A stretch of DNA of 64,000 bases from Callorhinchus milii. Its lineage: Eukaryota. Below the pieces are notes generated by a model that saw only the letters and a program-made list of their open reading frames with translations, searched no databases and was not told the origin of the DNA. The DNA lies in the NCBI RefSeq assembly GCF_018977255.1, contig NW_024704754.1, positions 16,244,001 through 16,308,000 of the forward strand, written 5' to 3'. Below are positions 37,286-49,266 of this stretch, piece after piece. How positions within the stretch are numbered: the stretch's first letter is position 1; the number at the start of each line of letters is the position of its first letter. Made by a program: the position numbers and the translations under genes.

Positions 37286-38569
37286 CTCCCTCACTCACTT
37301 GAGGAAAACTCTTGCTTAACGTCTCCTCGAAATCCACGGGTAATCAAACAAAATGGCAGACAGCTGCAGAACTACATAGTTTCTATTAGTTAAACCAGGT
37401 AGTTACTTTCCGATAGACAATACTCCCAGCTTCACGGGAACCATAGCATAATATTCTACGAAACACCGTTGCCGTTCAGTTTTTATCTGTATCACCAAAG
37501 TCACATTCCTAACCAGATGCCTGTCCAAATCCCACCCCACCCTGCCTCTTATTAGTCTGGGTGTATGCCAATTTAATTCAAGTCGTTAACTCCATCACCT
37601 TCCCGAAAAAATTCATCAACGTGGAATCAACTGCTTTTGCAGGGAATCCGTTCAGAGAGTGGCTTTGAGAAGCGATGATGAAAACCTGCCTTGAAACACT
37701 TCTGAAGATGACAACACCCCAACAACGTATTAATTGTATGATCGATGTCAATGTAATTATATCTCCCCCCCTGCTATGGCAGGCCAATTCAATTCTCTTA
37801 AATGATTTCCCCTGGAACATAACTAATGGGAGAGTTGACAATCGAGAAGGTAACTCTTCACAGTGATGGATAGCTTGTGTTGTCGGCTTTGTTTGACGGA
37901 GAACATTCTGCGCATTAGTTTTACTTAGTGTTTTTCAAATAAAAGTTTTTTTTTCTCAACTTCCCCAAGGAGTTGTAGAGTGAGGAACGAAGATGTGTCT
38001 GACAGGAAGATTATCAAAGAAATACCCTTGACATTAAAATTATTGGCACCACAGCTTGAGAAGTTTCAAGTCGGAAATGATCAAGAAACAATTAACTTCT
38101 CCATTTTCTGTTCCAAATAACTAATTTCCCTCCCTCATCATTCAAACCATCTCCATCAGGAGGAAGAGAAGGTCTAACTCCCTTAAGAGACATTATCCAA
38201 TATTTGAAATAAGTTGCAAGAAGGTTTTGAAGGTGAGGAGAGCGCATGTAAGTAAGGCAAAGGAAATCATGGGACAGAAATATACTTTTCATCCCCAATC
38301 CTCTCCCAAACTACCTAAGTTTCTCAATCACGCTCCTTAAAATTGACGAACTGCATTTTTCCAGCGATGGAAATTAGAGAGATTTTTTTTAATTAACTGC
38401 TGACCTATTTTCATTAATTAGCGAGATTCTTGCATGAGCCACATGTGATGAGTCTCGCTCTGATTTCCGAGGTCGGTCTTTGTTTAGCCATGTTATACTG
38501 TTTCTTAGCTCCTCACTAATCCCAAAATAATTACAATCTACCTCAGTGGATTGTCGGTACCTATTGAAA

Positions 38570-38805
38570 TCTGCCCCTGCTCTGGGGACCTCCAGTAATT
38601 GAATAGTGTCTCCTCTCCCTGAGGTTTTTTTGCTCTCAGTGACCAAGGCTGATAGAAGTACCTCAACACTTGACTTAGAGCTAATGACAGCAACTGCAGG
38701 TAGGCAATGTGATAGGGGGATGGTTGGATGGATATGCTGGAAGGATGAGATCGGACAAGCCGAAGGGCCTACTTCATTCGAACCAAACTCGTGATCTCGT
38801 GATTG
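38570..38805 (+). mobile_element. Old CR1 3' end
   Basis: GGACAAGCCGAAGGGCCTACTTC tail motif followed by short terminal repeats (CTCGTGAT)2. Confidence 0.5.
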
Positions 38806-39699
38806 AATTAATTCCACTTGACACCAGTTTCAAAGAGAAACCCAGAGAGAGCGATACCAGCAAATAAAGCCCAAGCCCCGAGTCTTTTTTATAACAGGAA
38901 TAATAATCCTTGCATTTCATCATATCATTGTTGTCAAGACATCTCAAAGCGCTTCACAGATTTGTACTGTGAAACGTAGTGACTATGTTTATTTTGGCCA
39001 GAATGGACGGAGGTTAACAGGATTATTGTTAACCATGAACATATTCCTGAATTTAAAAGAAGTCAATGGGTTTTACCGTATACATAAGGCATGTCGGGAT
39101 TAACTGCAAAGTACAAGTGTTTCAGTATGCTGGTTTAAATCATGGGACGTGGCACGTCTTGAAGAAACGGAGTTGGAGTGGGAACTGACACGGAACTGCT
39201 TTCACACAATCATGCTCCAATGCCACAGTTTGGATTGCTCCCTCCGCTACCGGCCACTGACTGTCAAACCACATTTCCCCGCATTTCTACGACTGCAACC
39301 CGATTCATTAACAAAATTCAACAATAAAACCCAGCTTGTTTTATTTCACACTTCGCCGACCAAGCTTCCTGACCTGTTCAGTCATATTAAAGCACTCTGT
39401 GTTGTGCATTTTTTTTCAAACAACAAGAAGAAAATTACAGTTGTAAAGCAAAAAAACAAACAAAAATATTTTATTGTTTGAACGATGAACCATCACGTTT
39501 CAAATTTGGAGTGACAATTAAGATGTGCTTTGGTCAATAATAGACCGGATAAATTGGTCATTCACCTCCTAGCTGTTTGTGGTGCATTGATGTATTCAAA
39601 TGGTAACCACAAATATACAGTGCATTTGCCTGCATGTACTTGTACTTGCCGAACAGCAATATCAATGGCAAGCTATGTGGGTTTAGCTTGTTGTTGTTG

Positions 39700-39770
39700 T
39701 TATTATTATAATAAACAATAATTATATTATTATAATAATAATAATAATAATATAATAATAATATAATTAT
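39700..39770. repeat. AT-rich (TAT/AAT)n low-complexity tract
   Basis: Seen directly; it abuts a SINE. Confidence 0.9.
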
Positions 39771-40044
39771 GGACGTCCCAAAGCGCTTCACAGAACACAC
39801 TGTAAAGTGAATTGACTGTATGTTTGTGGGCGAACGCGGCAGCCAATTGCGCACAGCAATGTCCCACAAACAGTCGTAGATTGAAAATGACCAATTTTTT
39901 TATTATTGTTTTTGGTTTTGGAGGGATTATTATTAGGTTCTGTGTGGAGTAAGGAAACTTGCCCAAGGTTTCGCCCTCTGCCTGGAATTGAACTCAGGTC
40001 TCTCGCTTGCAAAGCGAGTGCTCTAACCACTGAGCTACAGGATT
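39771..40044 (-). mobile_element. Young SINE subfamily copy
   Basis: Near-identical to 8841-9110, with intact A and B boxes. Confidence 0.93.
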
Positions 40045-41324
40045 ACACTGTTATAGGTACTATAACAAAAGCAAACATTACTATAAGAGTTATTATTTCA
40101 GGACCATTCAACATTGGCTTCCAAGTATTGGAATTGGATTGTCCAAGTACTTCAGCTGAATGCCTATAAGAAGGACAGTGAAACATATTCAACCTGAAAC
40201 TTGTTGCTTATCGAGGAATTCTCCATAGATGTCATTATATAGGACAGGGGCTCTCCATAACTCTTAGGCATCTTCAATAAACGCCAATATCACGAAAACC
40301 CAATTGCCACATCCTTTATTTTGAAGGATGATTAAATTACCCACCATCCACCCAACAATTATTATATGTAATCGATGCTGCTGCACTGCGCGTAACTACC
40401 CCGCGGACATTCCTTGAAAGAGGAAATCATTGGCTTAAGACTGAAGGATAGTGTTGACTGAAGGAATGGAAATGGCATCTATCTTTAGATTTAAACACCT
40501 GGACTGGACCTGCATTCATCCAATTTGCTATTGCAGAGCTCTAGTTGCTCATTGTGTTAATGAGCACAATGAACTCCCAAGGCAGAGGTACAGCTGATCA
40601 ATGCTGATTCACATACTGGGAAGGGATTTGCTCTATTGGAATCCTGTACGAAGGTAAATGTTTTATACCGATTTCAATCAGCAAGTCAACTGGCTCCATC
40701 ACCCGCAGACAGTCTCAAAACCGTGGAAGGAAAAAAGGGGATTTAAATACCCACGCAAAAATCTTTAAGATGTGACTGAACAGCTGTCATGGGTTTTGAC
40801 TGTACTGTCTTGGTACTTAATGATCGTTTAAAAATCACTGTCAGAGTTGACCTTCACTCTTGTCCTTCAATCATTCAGCCCATTATCAATCCATGTCAGG
40901 ATGCACGCATATCCATTATCATTTCAATCGATCGGTGATCTGTGCGTATTGATTCACACTCGGCGCTACATGGAAACCGATTGCTGCTAAGCTGGCTTTT
41001 ATTTTGTCACAGGTTTTAAAGCGGGGGGGGGGGGGGGGTGGCGGCACTGCTCTTGTGGCAATGTAATCCATAACGAAGATGGTAAAATATGCCGCGGATT
41101 GTGTTGGATATCACTGGAAATCGGGGGAAGAGAAGGGAATGAGGCTGAACAAAGAGGGAGAACGGCAGAGATTGGATGGAGGAAGAGGGGAAGCAATGAG
41201 AGCGAGACAGAGAGTGGGCAAGAGAAAGAGAGAGAGTGTGAGGCAGGGAGAGAGCAGCGAAGGGAGTAAGAAAGTGGAATGCAAGTGGTATCTGCAACAC
41301 AATCACATTGGACAATGGAAGCAT

Positions 41325-41423
41325 TTATGTATTCTGTGAAGCGCTTTGAGACGTCTCGAAGACGTGATAAGGCGCTATATCAAATGCAAGGGTTATTATT
41401 ATTTTTATTATTATTATTATTAT
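41325..41423 (+). mobile_element. Main-family SINE tail
   Basis: TATTCTGTGAAGCGCTTTGAGACGTCTCGAAGACGTGATAAGGCGCTATATCAAATGCAAG followed by (TTA)n. Confidence 0.9.
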
Positions 41424-44221
41424 TCTCCTTTCTTCATTCTTGTTCTACTGAAGAGATACATTTCCTAGAAAGGTGTGTGTGTGTGTATGCGTGTGGTGGG
41501 GAGGTGGAAGAATTATCCCTCTTTCTCCGTGAATGACTGGAGATAAAACAGGATCATTGGCAACGTTTCACACCCAATGAGAAACCACCACGACGTGATG
41601 AGGCTATATATAAAAACAACCGGCGGAGGGTTAGCAGAAGACCCCACACAGAAGAGAACACTCCTTGTGATTTATGGGAAATTAGAAGCCGGCGTGCAAG
41701 GGAGCGAGTTTTCTTTTAAAAAAAGAAAGAAAACATCGAACAGAAAAAGAACAGGCAAAGATCTTTGCCGGGGAGGCACGGAGATTCCTGCGAGATATAT
41801 AGTGCCGTGGAAGACAGCAACACACGTCCTTGGAGGACACCAAACTTACTTAAATAGCAGTCAATACATTAAGTCCTGACACAGCTGGTTCAGTAAAATC
41901 ACCAGTGTGCTGGCTCATCTATCTTTCCGAATGTTGCTAATGAGGCCTAAATTTCTGCGTGTTGGAAGCTTCCCTCGGTTAATATATAACTTGTTTCCTT
42001 GCTGTAACGGGAAGAGTTGCTAGCTTCACTTAATCCGCCGTTTCATTCTGGCTCTCACAAACGCAATTACCACAGGAGTTGTCATAACTCAGCAACGTTG
42101 GCTTTAATTATAATTGCCGGCTACGTCCAGCGTGGCCGTGATGAACGAGGGGGAGAGAGCTTGTGAGGAGCTTCACATCGCTTCAAACAGGGCTTGGAGG
42201 GAGTGAAGTGGGGCGGGGGGTTAGGCTCTAAGACATCAGAGGGTAATTTACAGTGCAACCGAATGAATAATTAAAGTCATGACAACCTGTCAAGTGGGGT
42301 GGCTGTGTGTTTATTGGCAAACTAACATAATTCTTTGTATATTTTTAGTAGATTGTTTTAGTGTCGATCTCCCCTCTCTCCCTCCCACATGGTCAGGTCG
42401 TACTTGCCACAATCTCCCTACTGTTGAAAGGCAAAGGTGACAGTTTGGCATCACAAAGCCGACAAGGCTTTAATTCGGCGGCTTTGTGAGCGCACACTTC
42501 CTGTTTTACCTAAAACTCTTCTCGTGTTCCCGCGCAGAGCACAAGCGACGTCAGCGCAAGAAAACCCGCGGCACGACTTTCAAACGGCTCACTTGCAAAG
42601 GCGTCGCGTTTTAATCCAATCGTCGAACCGATGCCCGTCTTCTCTGCAGCCAACATTTCACGTTATCCTGACAATATTCTAACCCACGATTGTGGCTAGT
42701 AAGCCACGAGGCCGTCCACGCGCTACAAACTGGCCTGTGAGCACGGCAAGATTAACTAGCGGAGGCACACAAGAAAGTGAGTCGAGTGGAATCGGCGCCT
42801 GAAACAAGCGAACATTTTCCGAGCACGCTCGCTTGAACGCAATCCAAAAACAATAATAATCCTTGCGTTTGATACAGCGCCTTATCACGTCATTGAGACA
42901 GCCGATTGCGCACAGCAGTGTCCCGCAAACATACAGTCGGGAATATCCAGTTGTAACGAGCACAAATGTGATCAGCATCTTAAAGGACGAGCTTGAGGTA
43001 TTACAGCCATCAGAAGAAGAAAACCAACATAACAAGGAGGATATACATAGAGCTAATGGGTCTCTAAAACACACATCTCAATGCTTTCATTCCCCAGTAG
43101 ATATGCACGGTTTAGTTGTTAACCTTCTATAAATCATTTCCTTCCAAATTTGATGTGAGGCAGTATGGAAAACCAACAGAGCGTGTGCTCTTGCCTTCAG
43201 TAAGCGCTTGTGTTTGAGGGGAAAGGGGATGGTGGGGATGGAAAGGTAACAGAGGAGAGAGGAAAGAGTGGGGCAAGATTTGCAATGCAATCTGACCTCT
43301 CGGAGTTTCTAACCGAATTGTATTGTGACGCAGGGACAGTGCGCTGGGAGCTAGATTTCACATGACATTACTGAGAGGAATTGCTAAACAGTGAATATTG
43401 TCTACAGAATTGACTGTGGACCACAAGACCTTTCTTCCTGATGACGTTCTTTCACTCTGCGGCTAGCTTTAAACGGTTTGAAGAATATTAAAGAGAAAAG
43501 TCGTTTTCCCTTTTGTCTGCCTGCATTCAGGGGGATGTTAAAGAACCAGAGTTTCTCCCAGTGTCCTGGCCAACAAACCTCCCAGTTGAATTGGTCATTG
43601 AGCTCCTTAGTGGGGGGAACATTCGCTGTGTGGAAATCGACTGCCACCTTTGCCCCTCAAATACACAACAACTTGCATTTAGATAGCACCCCTCATGCAT
43701 AGGGTAGCGTCCCAAAGCATTTTGCTATTGACTACACTACAGGGAGACTACAATACACTGGTATTTAAACTGTCAGGCTCTTTGAGATGGTTCGATGGGA
43801 TAAGGCGTAATATCAAATGTAGGTATTATTATTATTATTCATCTAAAATGAATCCGCTGCTGTAAATCAGTCTGCTCAGCTGGACTTCTAAATTGCTGTC
43901 AAATTCTTCAGCACTCCAGACACATCCATTCTACTGGAGCTATAAATTGCAATATGTTTTAGTGCCAAAACTACTGAGGAGTCTAACAACAGAGATGCCT
44001 GTGGTTCTGAATCACCCAAGTGTTGTCATGAAGCAGAGATATGTGGAGCCAGTACTAAGTCCTGTCTATTGGGGTGGAGGAAGGGGGGTTATCAGAGCCC
44101 CTTCACTGAGCTGTTTCCTCCCCACCTCCCCTCCACCCACCCCCCGCCACCCGTTTCACATCTGTTCAACTCTCCCGCTGCTCTCTTTCTCTCTCTCTCC
44201 CTCTTTCTGCCATATTTCTGC

Positions 44222-44386
44222 CAATCCACGACTGTTTGTGGGGACGCCGCTGTGCGCAATTGGCTGCCGAGTTGCGCCCCCCCAAAATAGGCATTCAGTT
44301 CACTTTACCGTATACTCTGTTAAGCGCTTTGAGACGTATCGAGGATGCGAGAAGGCGCTACATCAAAAATAATGCAAGGATTATTG
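44222..44386 (+). mobile_element. Main-family SINE 3' half
   Basis: CAATCCACGACTGTTTGTGGGGACGCC... Confidence 0.85.
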
Positions 44387-44844
44387 ATGCTTTGCCTGTG
44401 GACGCTGTTATACGCTTTGACAATCTCAAATCGGATTCCATATTTCCATTAGTGCATTCACTGCTGATAACATGTAAAGGTTCACGTGTGATGGGCGAGC
44501 TCCTTAAGTGGAATTCTCTGTACCTGTAAAAGGTCAATTTTTTAAGATCACAGTACATTGGTTCCGAGCCTGTAACTGCGCTGCTATTCACAAGGCTGCT
44601 GGAAGGATGAATCATAAAAGAGGGGGAAAAATTTAAAAATGTTCTGGTCGCTTCCTCAGGGAACAAAAATTGTATATTTTTTTTAGATTCACTGGGATTC
44701 TGATGTCTGTGCGTGTGAGTGTGTGTATGCGTGTCGTGTGGGAGGGGGCGCAGGGACAGAGAGTGTTAAGCGCTCTGAGATGCCGTCCGGTGCGGAGGGC
44801 GCTATATAAACCCAAGCTGTTGTCGTTGTTGTCATTATAATAAT

Positions 44845-44900
44845 CTCAGCTTGGCTTGGATACTCAATGGGTTTCCGCGTGTGTCAGACCAAAAAAATAA
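44845..44900 (+). mobile_element. Family X 3' fragment
   Basis: ATGGGTTTCCGCGTGTGTCAGACC plus A tail. Confidence 0.6.
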
Positions 44901-44907
44901 ATTGAAA

Positions 44908-45020
44908 AATAATAATCCTTGCATTTGATATAGTGCCTTATCACCTTTTTGAGACGACTCAAAGCGCTTCACAATATATAGTGCAAAATGAATTGACTGT
45001 ATATTTCGTGGGCAAAACGT
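44908..45020 (-). mobile_element. Main-family SINE tail fragment
   Basis: AATAATAATCCTTGCATTTGATATAG... Confidence 0.88.
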
Positions 45021-45156
45021 AACGGAATGAGAGATACAATACCTCTGCCACAGTCTTTCTCAAACAGCTCTGTTTGAAATTGCGGATAGCAAGTTACCTA
45101 CAGATTAGGATAAGGGGAAAGCCAAATATCAGCAAAGATGACACAGCATGACTTTC

Positions 45157-46158
45157 AAAGCAACAAAACTCACTTGTCATCTCCGATCTCGCTGATTCTT
45201 TGCAACCAGCGGAAATAAAAAGGTGCAGATTATTAGTGAGCGAGACTAGTCTTCTTTTTAGGAGGCTTAGAGTCGGTATGCTTCAAGTAGATTATTTCAA
45301 ACAACTGCAGAATACCACGTGCCTGATTTTCAAACCTTTTTATTGATCTCAGTTTGCTTGTTTTTCAGCTGTATGAAAGCTCTTCAGTGCTTTCACAAGT
45401 TTGAATTGAGAACAAAGTGCGGGCATGTGTTCAGTCTCCCATTTATCTCCATAGTGGGAGGAATCGGGTATCGGATTGTACTGGTTGGGGATAGTCAGGA
45501 TCTATTTACTATCACAGGTCTGATAATCCCTGCAATTTCTCACTCGTTCAATGCCTGTATTGATGGGTTCAAACTCACACAGCAATTCACGCTGCCTCCA
45601 TTTGGACATGGATGTTTGCAGCACAGGGCAGAAGAGCAGCTTGTCTTATGGCACCTGAATTATAGGGGATTTTGTGAAACCTCTTTAATGTACATTAGAG
45701 GCAAGCCTCGTCTCAAGACGCTCAAAGCCATGTTGAAAACAAGAACACGCTCCCCTATCCCGAAAGGACAAATAGCAGCTCCCTTTGTAACAAATAAAAG
45801 TCAGAATCTCTTGACTTCACACTGAAGTGTTTGCTCATCATGTAACGCAAAGAGCATTGTGTTCTTGAATCACCTGGCAAACGATATCCTTGATCAGATC
45901 ATGGCAAGAGCGAGTTCTTTCATACTGTGATCACCAAACTCGAACATGTTTTGGCTGTAAGTTTCTCTTCCTCTCTCCCCCGCCACACTTCAGAATGGTT
46001 AAGTAATTACTCTTGACTTGGCGTCTCTGTAGTTTCTCCCCAGACCCACGTCCAAAAACTGCGTCACACACAATTAAAAAAATGGTCGAAATTCAATCGA
46101 AAGCATCAAAACTCATTTCTCCTCTCCGATCTGGTTGCTCCTTTGCAACCAGTGGAAA
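45157..46158. repeat. Local direct duplication: 45157-45215 vs 46100-46158
   Basis: Ungapped alignment with 50/59 identities counted by eye. Similarity fades ~20 bp further right, and the other flanks are dissimilar. Confidence 0.85.
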
Positions 46159-46567
46159 GAAATAAAATAGCAGCTTACTAATTCATGCATTGACGGATAA
46201 AGAGCTACTCTGTGTTACGTGACGGACTTTTGACCTGGAGCAATCATAAGAGGAAATCCTATTAATTGTCGACGTTGGCTAAGGCAAGCCGCCTGCAGTA
46301 CCACAACAACTTTCATTCATCTGGTGCCCTGTTCACGTGGATGTTTCGCGGAATGTTTAATAATAATCCTTGCATTTGATACAGCGCCTTATCGCGTCTT
46401 CGAGATATGCTGTAAAGTGGATTGACTGTATATGTTGTAGGACTGCATTGACACAGTGCTCAATGGAATTTTTTCCACATCAGTGTGAGAACGTAACCCA
46501 TTTTGTGGAGCAGGGGAATGCACATGAGGGTGCACTCGGCAAAACCTGATCGTACCTACGGCATTGT

Positions 46568-46942
46568 GGAGTCCTAAAGTTAGAGCACTTGTCTGGCAAG
46601 CGAGGATCCTGGGTTCGCTACCCGGGCAGGATTGAGACGTGAGGCAAGTTTCCTTATTTCCACACGCCTCTGTTTACCCAGCAGTAAGTAGGAGCCTGTT
46701 TGTCAGTCGATTGGCGGATCGCTTTTCCGGTGGGTAATATTTCCTCCAAGAAAGATACTAATAATAAATTGGTCACTTCAATCCACGACTGTTTGTGGGA
46801 CGCTGCTGTGCGCGATTTGCTGCTGTGTTTCACCCACAAAATCTACAGTCAATTCGCTTTGCAGTGTAGCTCATGAAGCGCTTTAAGACGTCTGGAAGTC
46901 ATGATAAGGCGCTATATCAAATTCAAGGATTATTATTATTAT
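46568..46942 (+). mobile_element. Main-family SINE, full length
   Basis: Head, body and (TTA)n tail. Confidence 0.9.
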
Positions 46943-47357
46943 TAGTTAATTATGAAGTGAAGACGAGTCAATGGTTAACAAAGCCAGGCGATTATTCCGT
47001 GCATTCACTTTCCAACTTAGCAAGGTTTTTTGAGGAGTGACTTTCGATGCCAACCGTGACCTTTCCTGTTACCAGCTGCCCTCGACACATCTCCCAAACT
47101 CTGAATTTTAAACAGGGCCTCAGCATCAAAAACTGATCTGTGTGATCCTCAAAACGTTCAAACATTTGTGACAGGAGAAACATGAAACGAATATTTCTTC
47201 ATAAATTCGAACAGAAGCTTGCTTGGGATTCTTCGACAGGAACGAGGATGTCTCAAAGCGTTTTCGAAGCATTTACCGTCAAGCGTAACCGATATGTATT
47301 TTGTAGATGATACCGGGAGAAACTCCAGTGTCTTATAAGCACCTTACACATTACTTT

Positions 47358-47500
47358 CTGTGCGCAATTGGCTGCTGCGTTTCGCCCACAAAATATACAG
47401 TCAATTCACTTTATCCTGTCAAGTATATCCCGTGACGTGCTTTGAGATGTCTCGAAAATGTGATAAGGCGCTGTTATCAAATGCAAGGATTATTATTATT
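47358..47500 (+). mobile_element. Main-family SINE 3' half
   Basis: CTGTGCGCAATTGGCTGCTGCGTTTCGCCCACAAAATATAC...(TTA)n. Confidence 0.88.
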
Positions 47501-48895
47501 AGTTACCGAGACTTGGATAAGGATAGTTGCTTTTTCTCCTCCTCCCCCTTCCCTCCTCTGAGTCTTTGTGGTGTAAAGAAAAGTTCTGCTCAAAAACACA
47601 CAAAGCTTTAGACACGGGACACTCATCTGTGTAATAAGTCATAACAAATAAAATTTACCGATAATGGATCTCCAATGGTTTTGCACATTTGTACAAATGT
47701 ATTTCCTCACGCTGACACGATTTCAATTGAAAGTGGAGGACAAAGACATCAGCCTCGTGTTTATGAGTATGTCCCACAATGGTTTAATCAAATGCCGATT
47801 TACTCTTGTTTGGCCCCCTTGCTGTCAGACAGCTCGGCATAACCCACTGAGGTGTCCAGCCCATTCAGGCTATTTCACACACTTCACCCCTCTCGATTGA
47901 TTGACTCAGTGTTGCGACGTGAGGACTTTGATTGACTCTGTTCCGGCAGAGAAAAGGGAGAGAGAGGCGATGAACACTTGCGAGGAATCACACAAAAAGC
48001 CGTCACACAATAACTGGAGTCAATTTGACACAGAACAAAAATAGGCCTTTTAAAACCGCAATCAATGAGGAATAAAATTGGGCCTTTTTATTTTCCCGGC
48101 AGGGCAAAAGCCACAAGTGCTTTGTGTATGAGAGCTGGCTTGGAAAAAAAAAATCATTACAAACCCATACACAATGAAAAATGCAGGTCAATCAAACAAG
48201 TCCTGTTATCCAAAAATTCCAACAGGGTCACTTATGGCTGAACCCGTGGGCATCAAGAGCAAATTCAGAAAAATATTAATGCTATAGAAGGACGCTTTCA
48301 GTCTTTTTTTTTACTGAAACAAGGCCCCCTGTACTCTCCCAATCTTGCCACCCTCCCAGGAACATATGGAGCAGATAAATGTAAAGTTCAATTGATACAG
48401 GCTGTTAAAATCGGAGCCGAGCTTACGTCCCTGTTGAAGCCTGATTGAGGGAAGCCTGTCTTCTGAGGCGCTTTCCATCCTGAGCTTTTCGAGGATGGCA
48501 AGGTTGGCAGATGTCCTTGGAGTTGGCGAGGATGGACATTGGCACGGCCTATAGTCGGCTGCCTTCATTCATCAAACTCAGCATTAGTCGAGCATTAGTC
48601 TGTACCGCACTGAGGTTAGGGCTAAGATGGGTTGCTCTGCAATCCGTTCAGTGTTACAATATCCCATTTCTGGGTGGACATCAATCTTGCTGACCTTTGG
48701 ACTTGCTGACAGTGACAAGTGGGAAGAACATTTCCCAGGGATTCCAGCCATATCTTCCCATCTCTTTCTCCCAGCACGGGCCAGATGTGATTTCAAAGTC
48801 AAGCTACTGACAGCTTAATATCTTACATCTTAGGCCCTCCTGTTTCCATGCCTTTGGCAGCACCAGGCAGGTTAGTCTCCCTGCAACGTAGGAGG

Positions 48896-49266
48896 AATAA
48901 TAATAATAATAATCCTTGCATTTGATATAGCCCCTTATCATTTCATTGAGATGTGTCAAAGCACTTGACAAAATATAGTAAAATGAATCGATTGTATACT
49001 TTGTGGGCGAAACGTGGCAGCCAATTGCACACAGCAGCGTCCCACAAACAGTGGTGGTTTGGGTAACCAAATAATTATTAATTTTTTTGGAAGGGATTAT
49101 CGCCCCCAGAAAGCAATCCACCAATTGACTATCAACTGGGTTCCTACTTACTGTTAGGTAAAGAGAGGGGTAAGAAAACTTGTCTAAGCTTTCGCCCTGC
49201 CTGGGAATCGAACCCGGATCCTCTCGTTTGCGAGGCGTGTGCTCTATCCAATACGCTGCAGGTCTT
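48896..49266 (-). mobile_element. Main-family SINE, full length
   Basis: Tail, body and reverse head GGGAATCGAACCCGGATCC. Confidence 0.9.

Noticed and set aside
45579-45654. EGF-like peptide (CCKHPCPNGGS) on the minus strand
   Set aside because: The cysteine spacing does not fit an EGF domain and the splice sites are weak.
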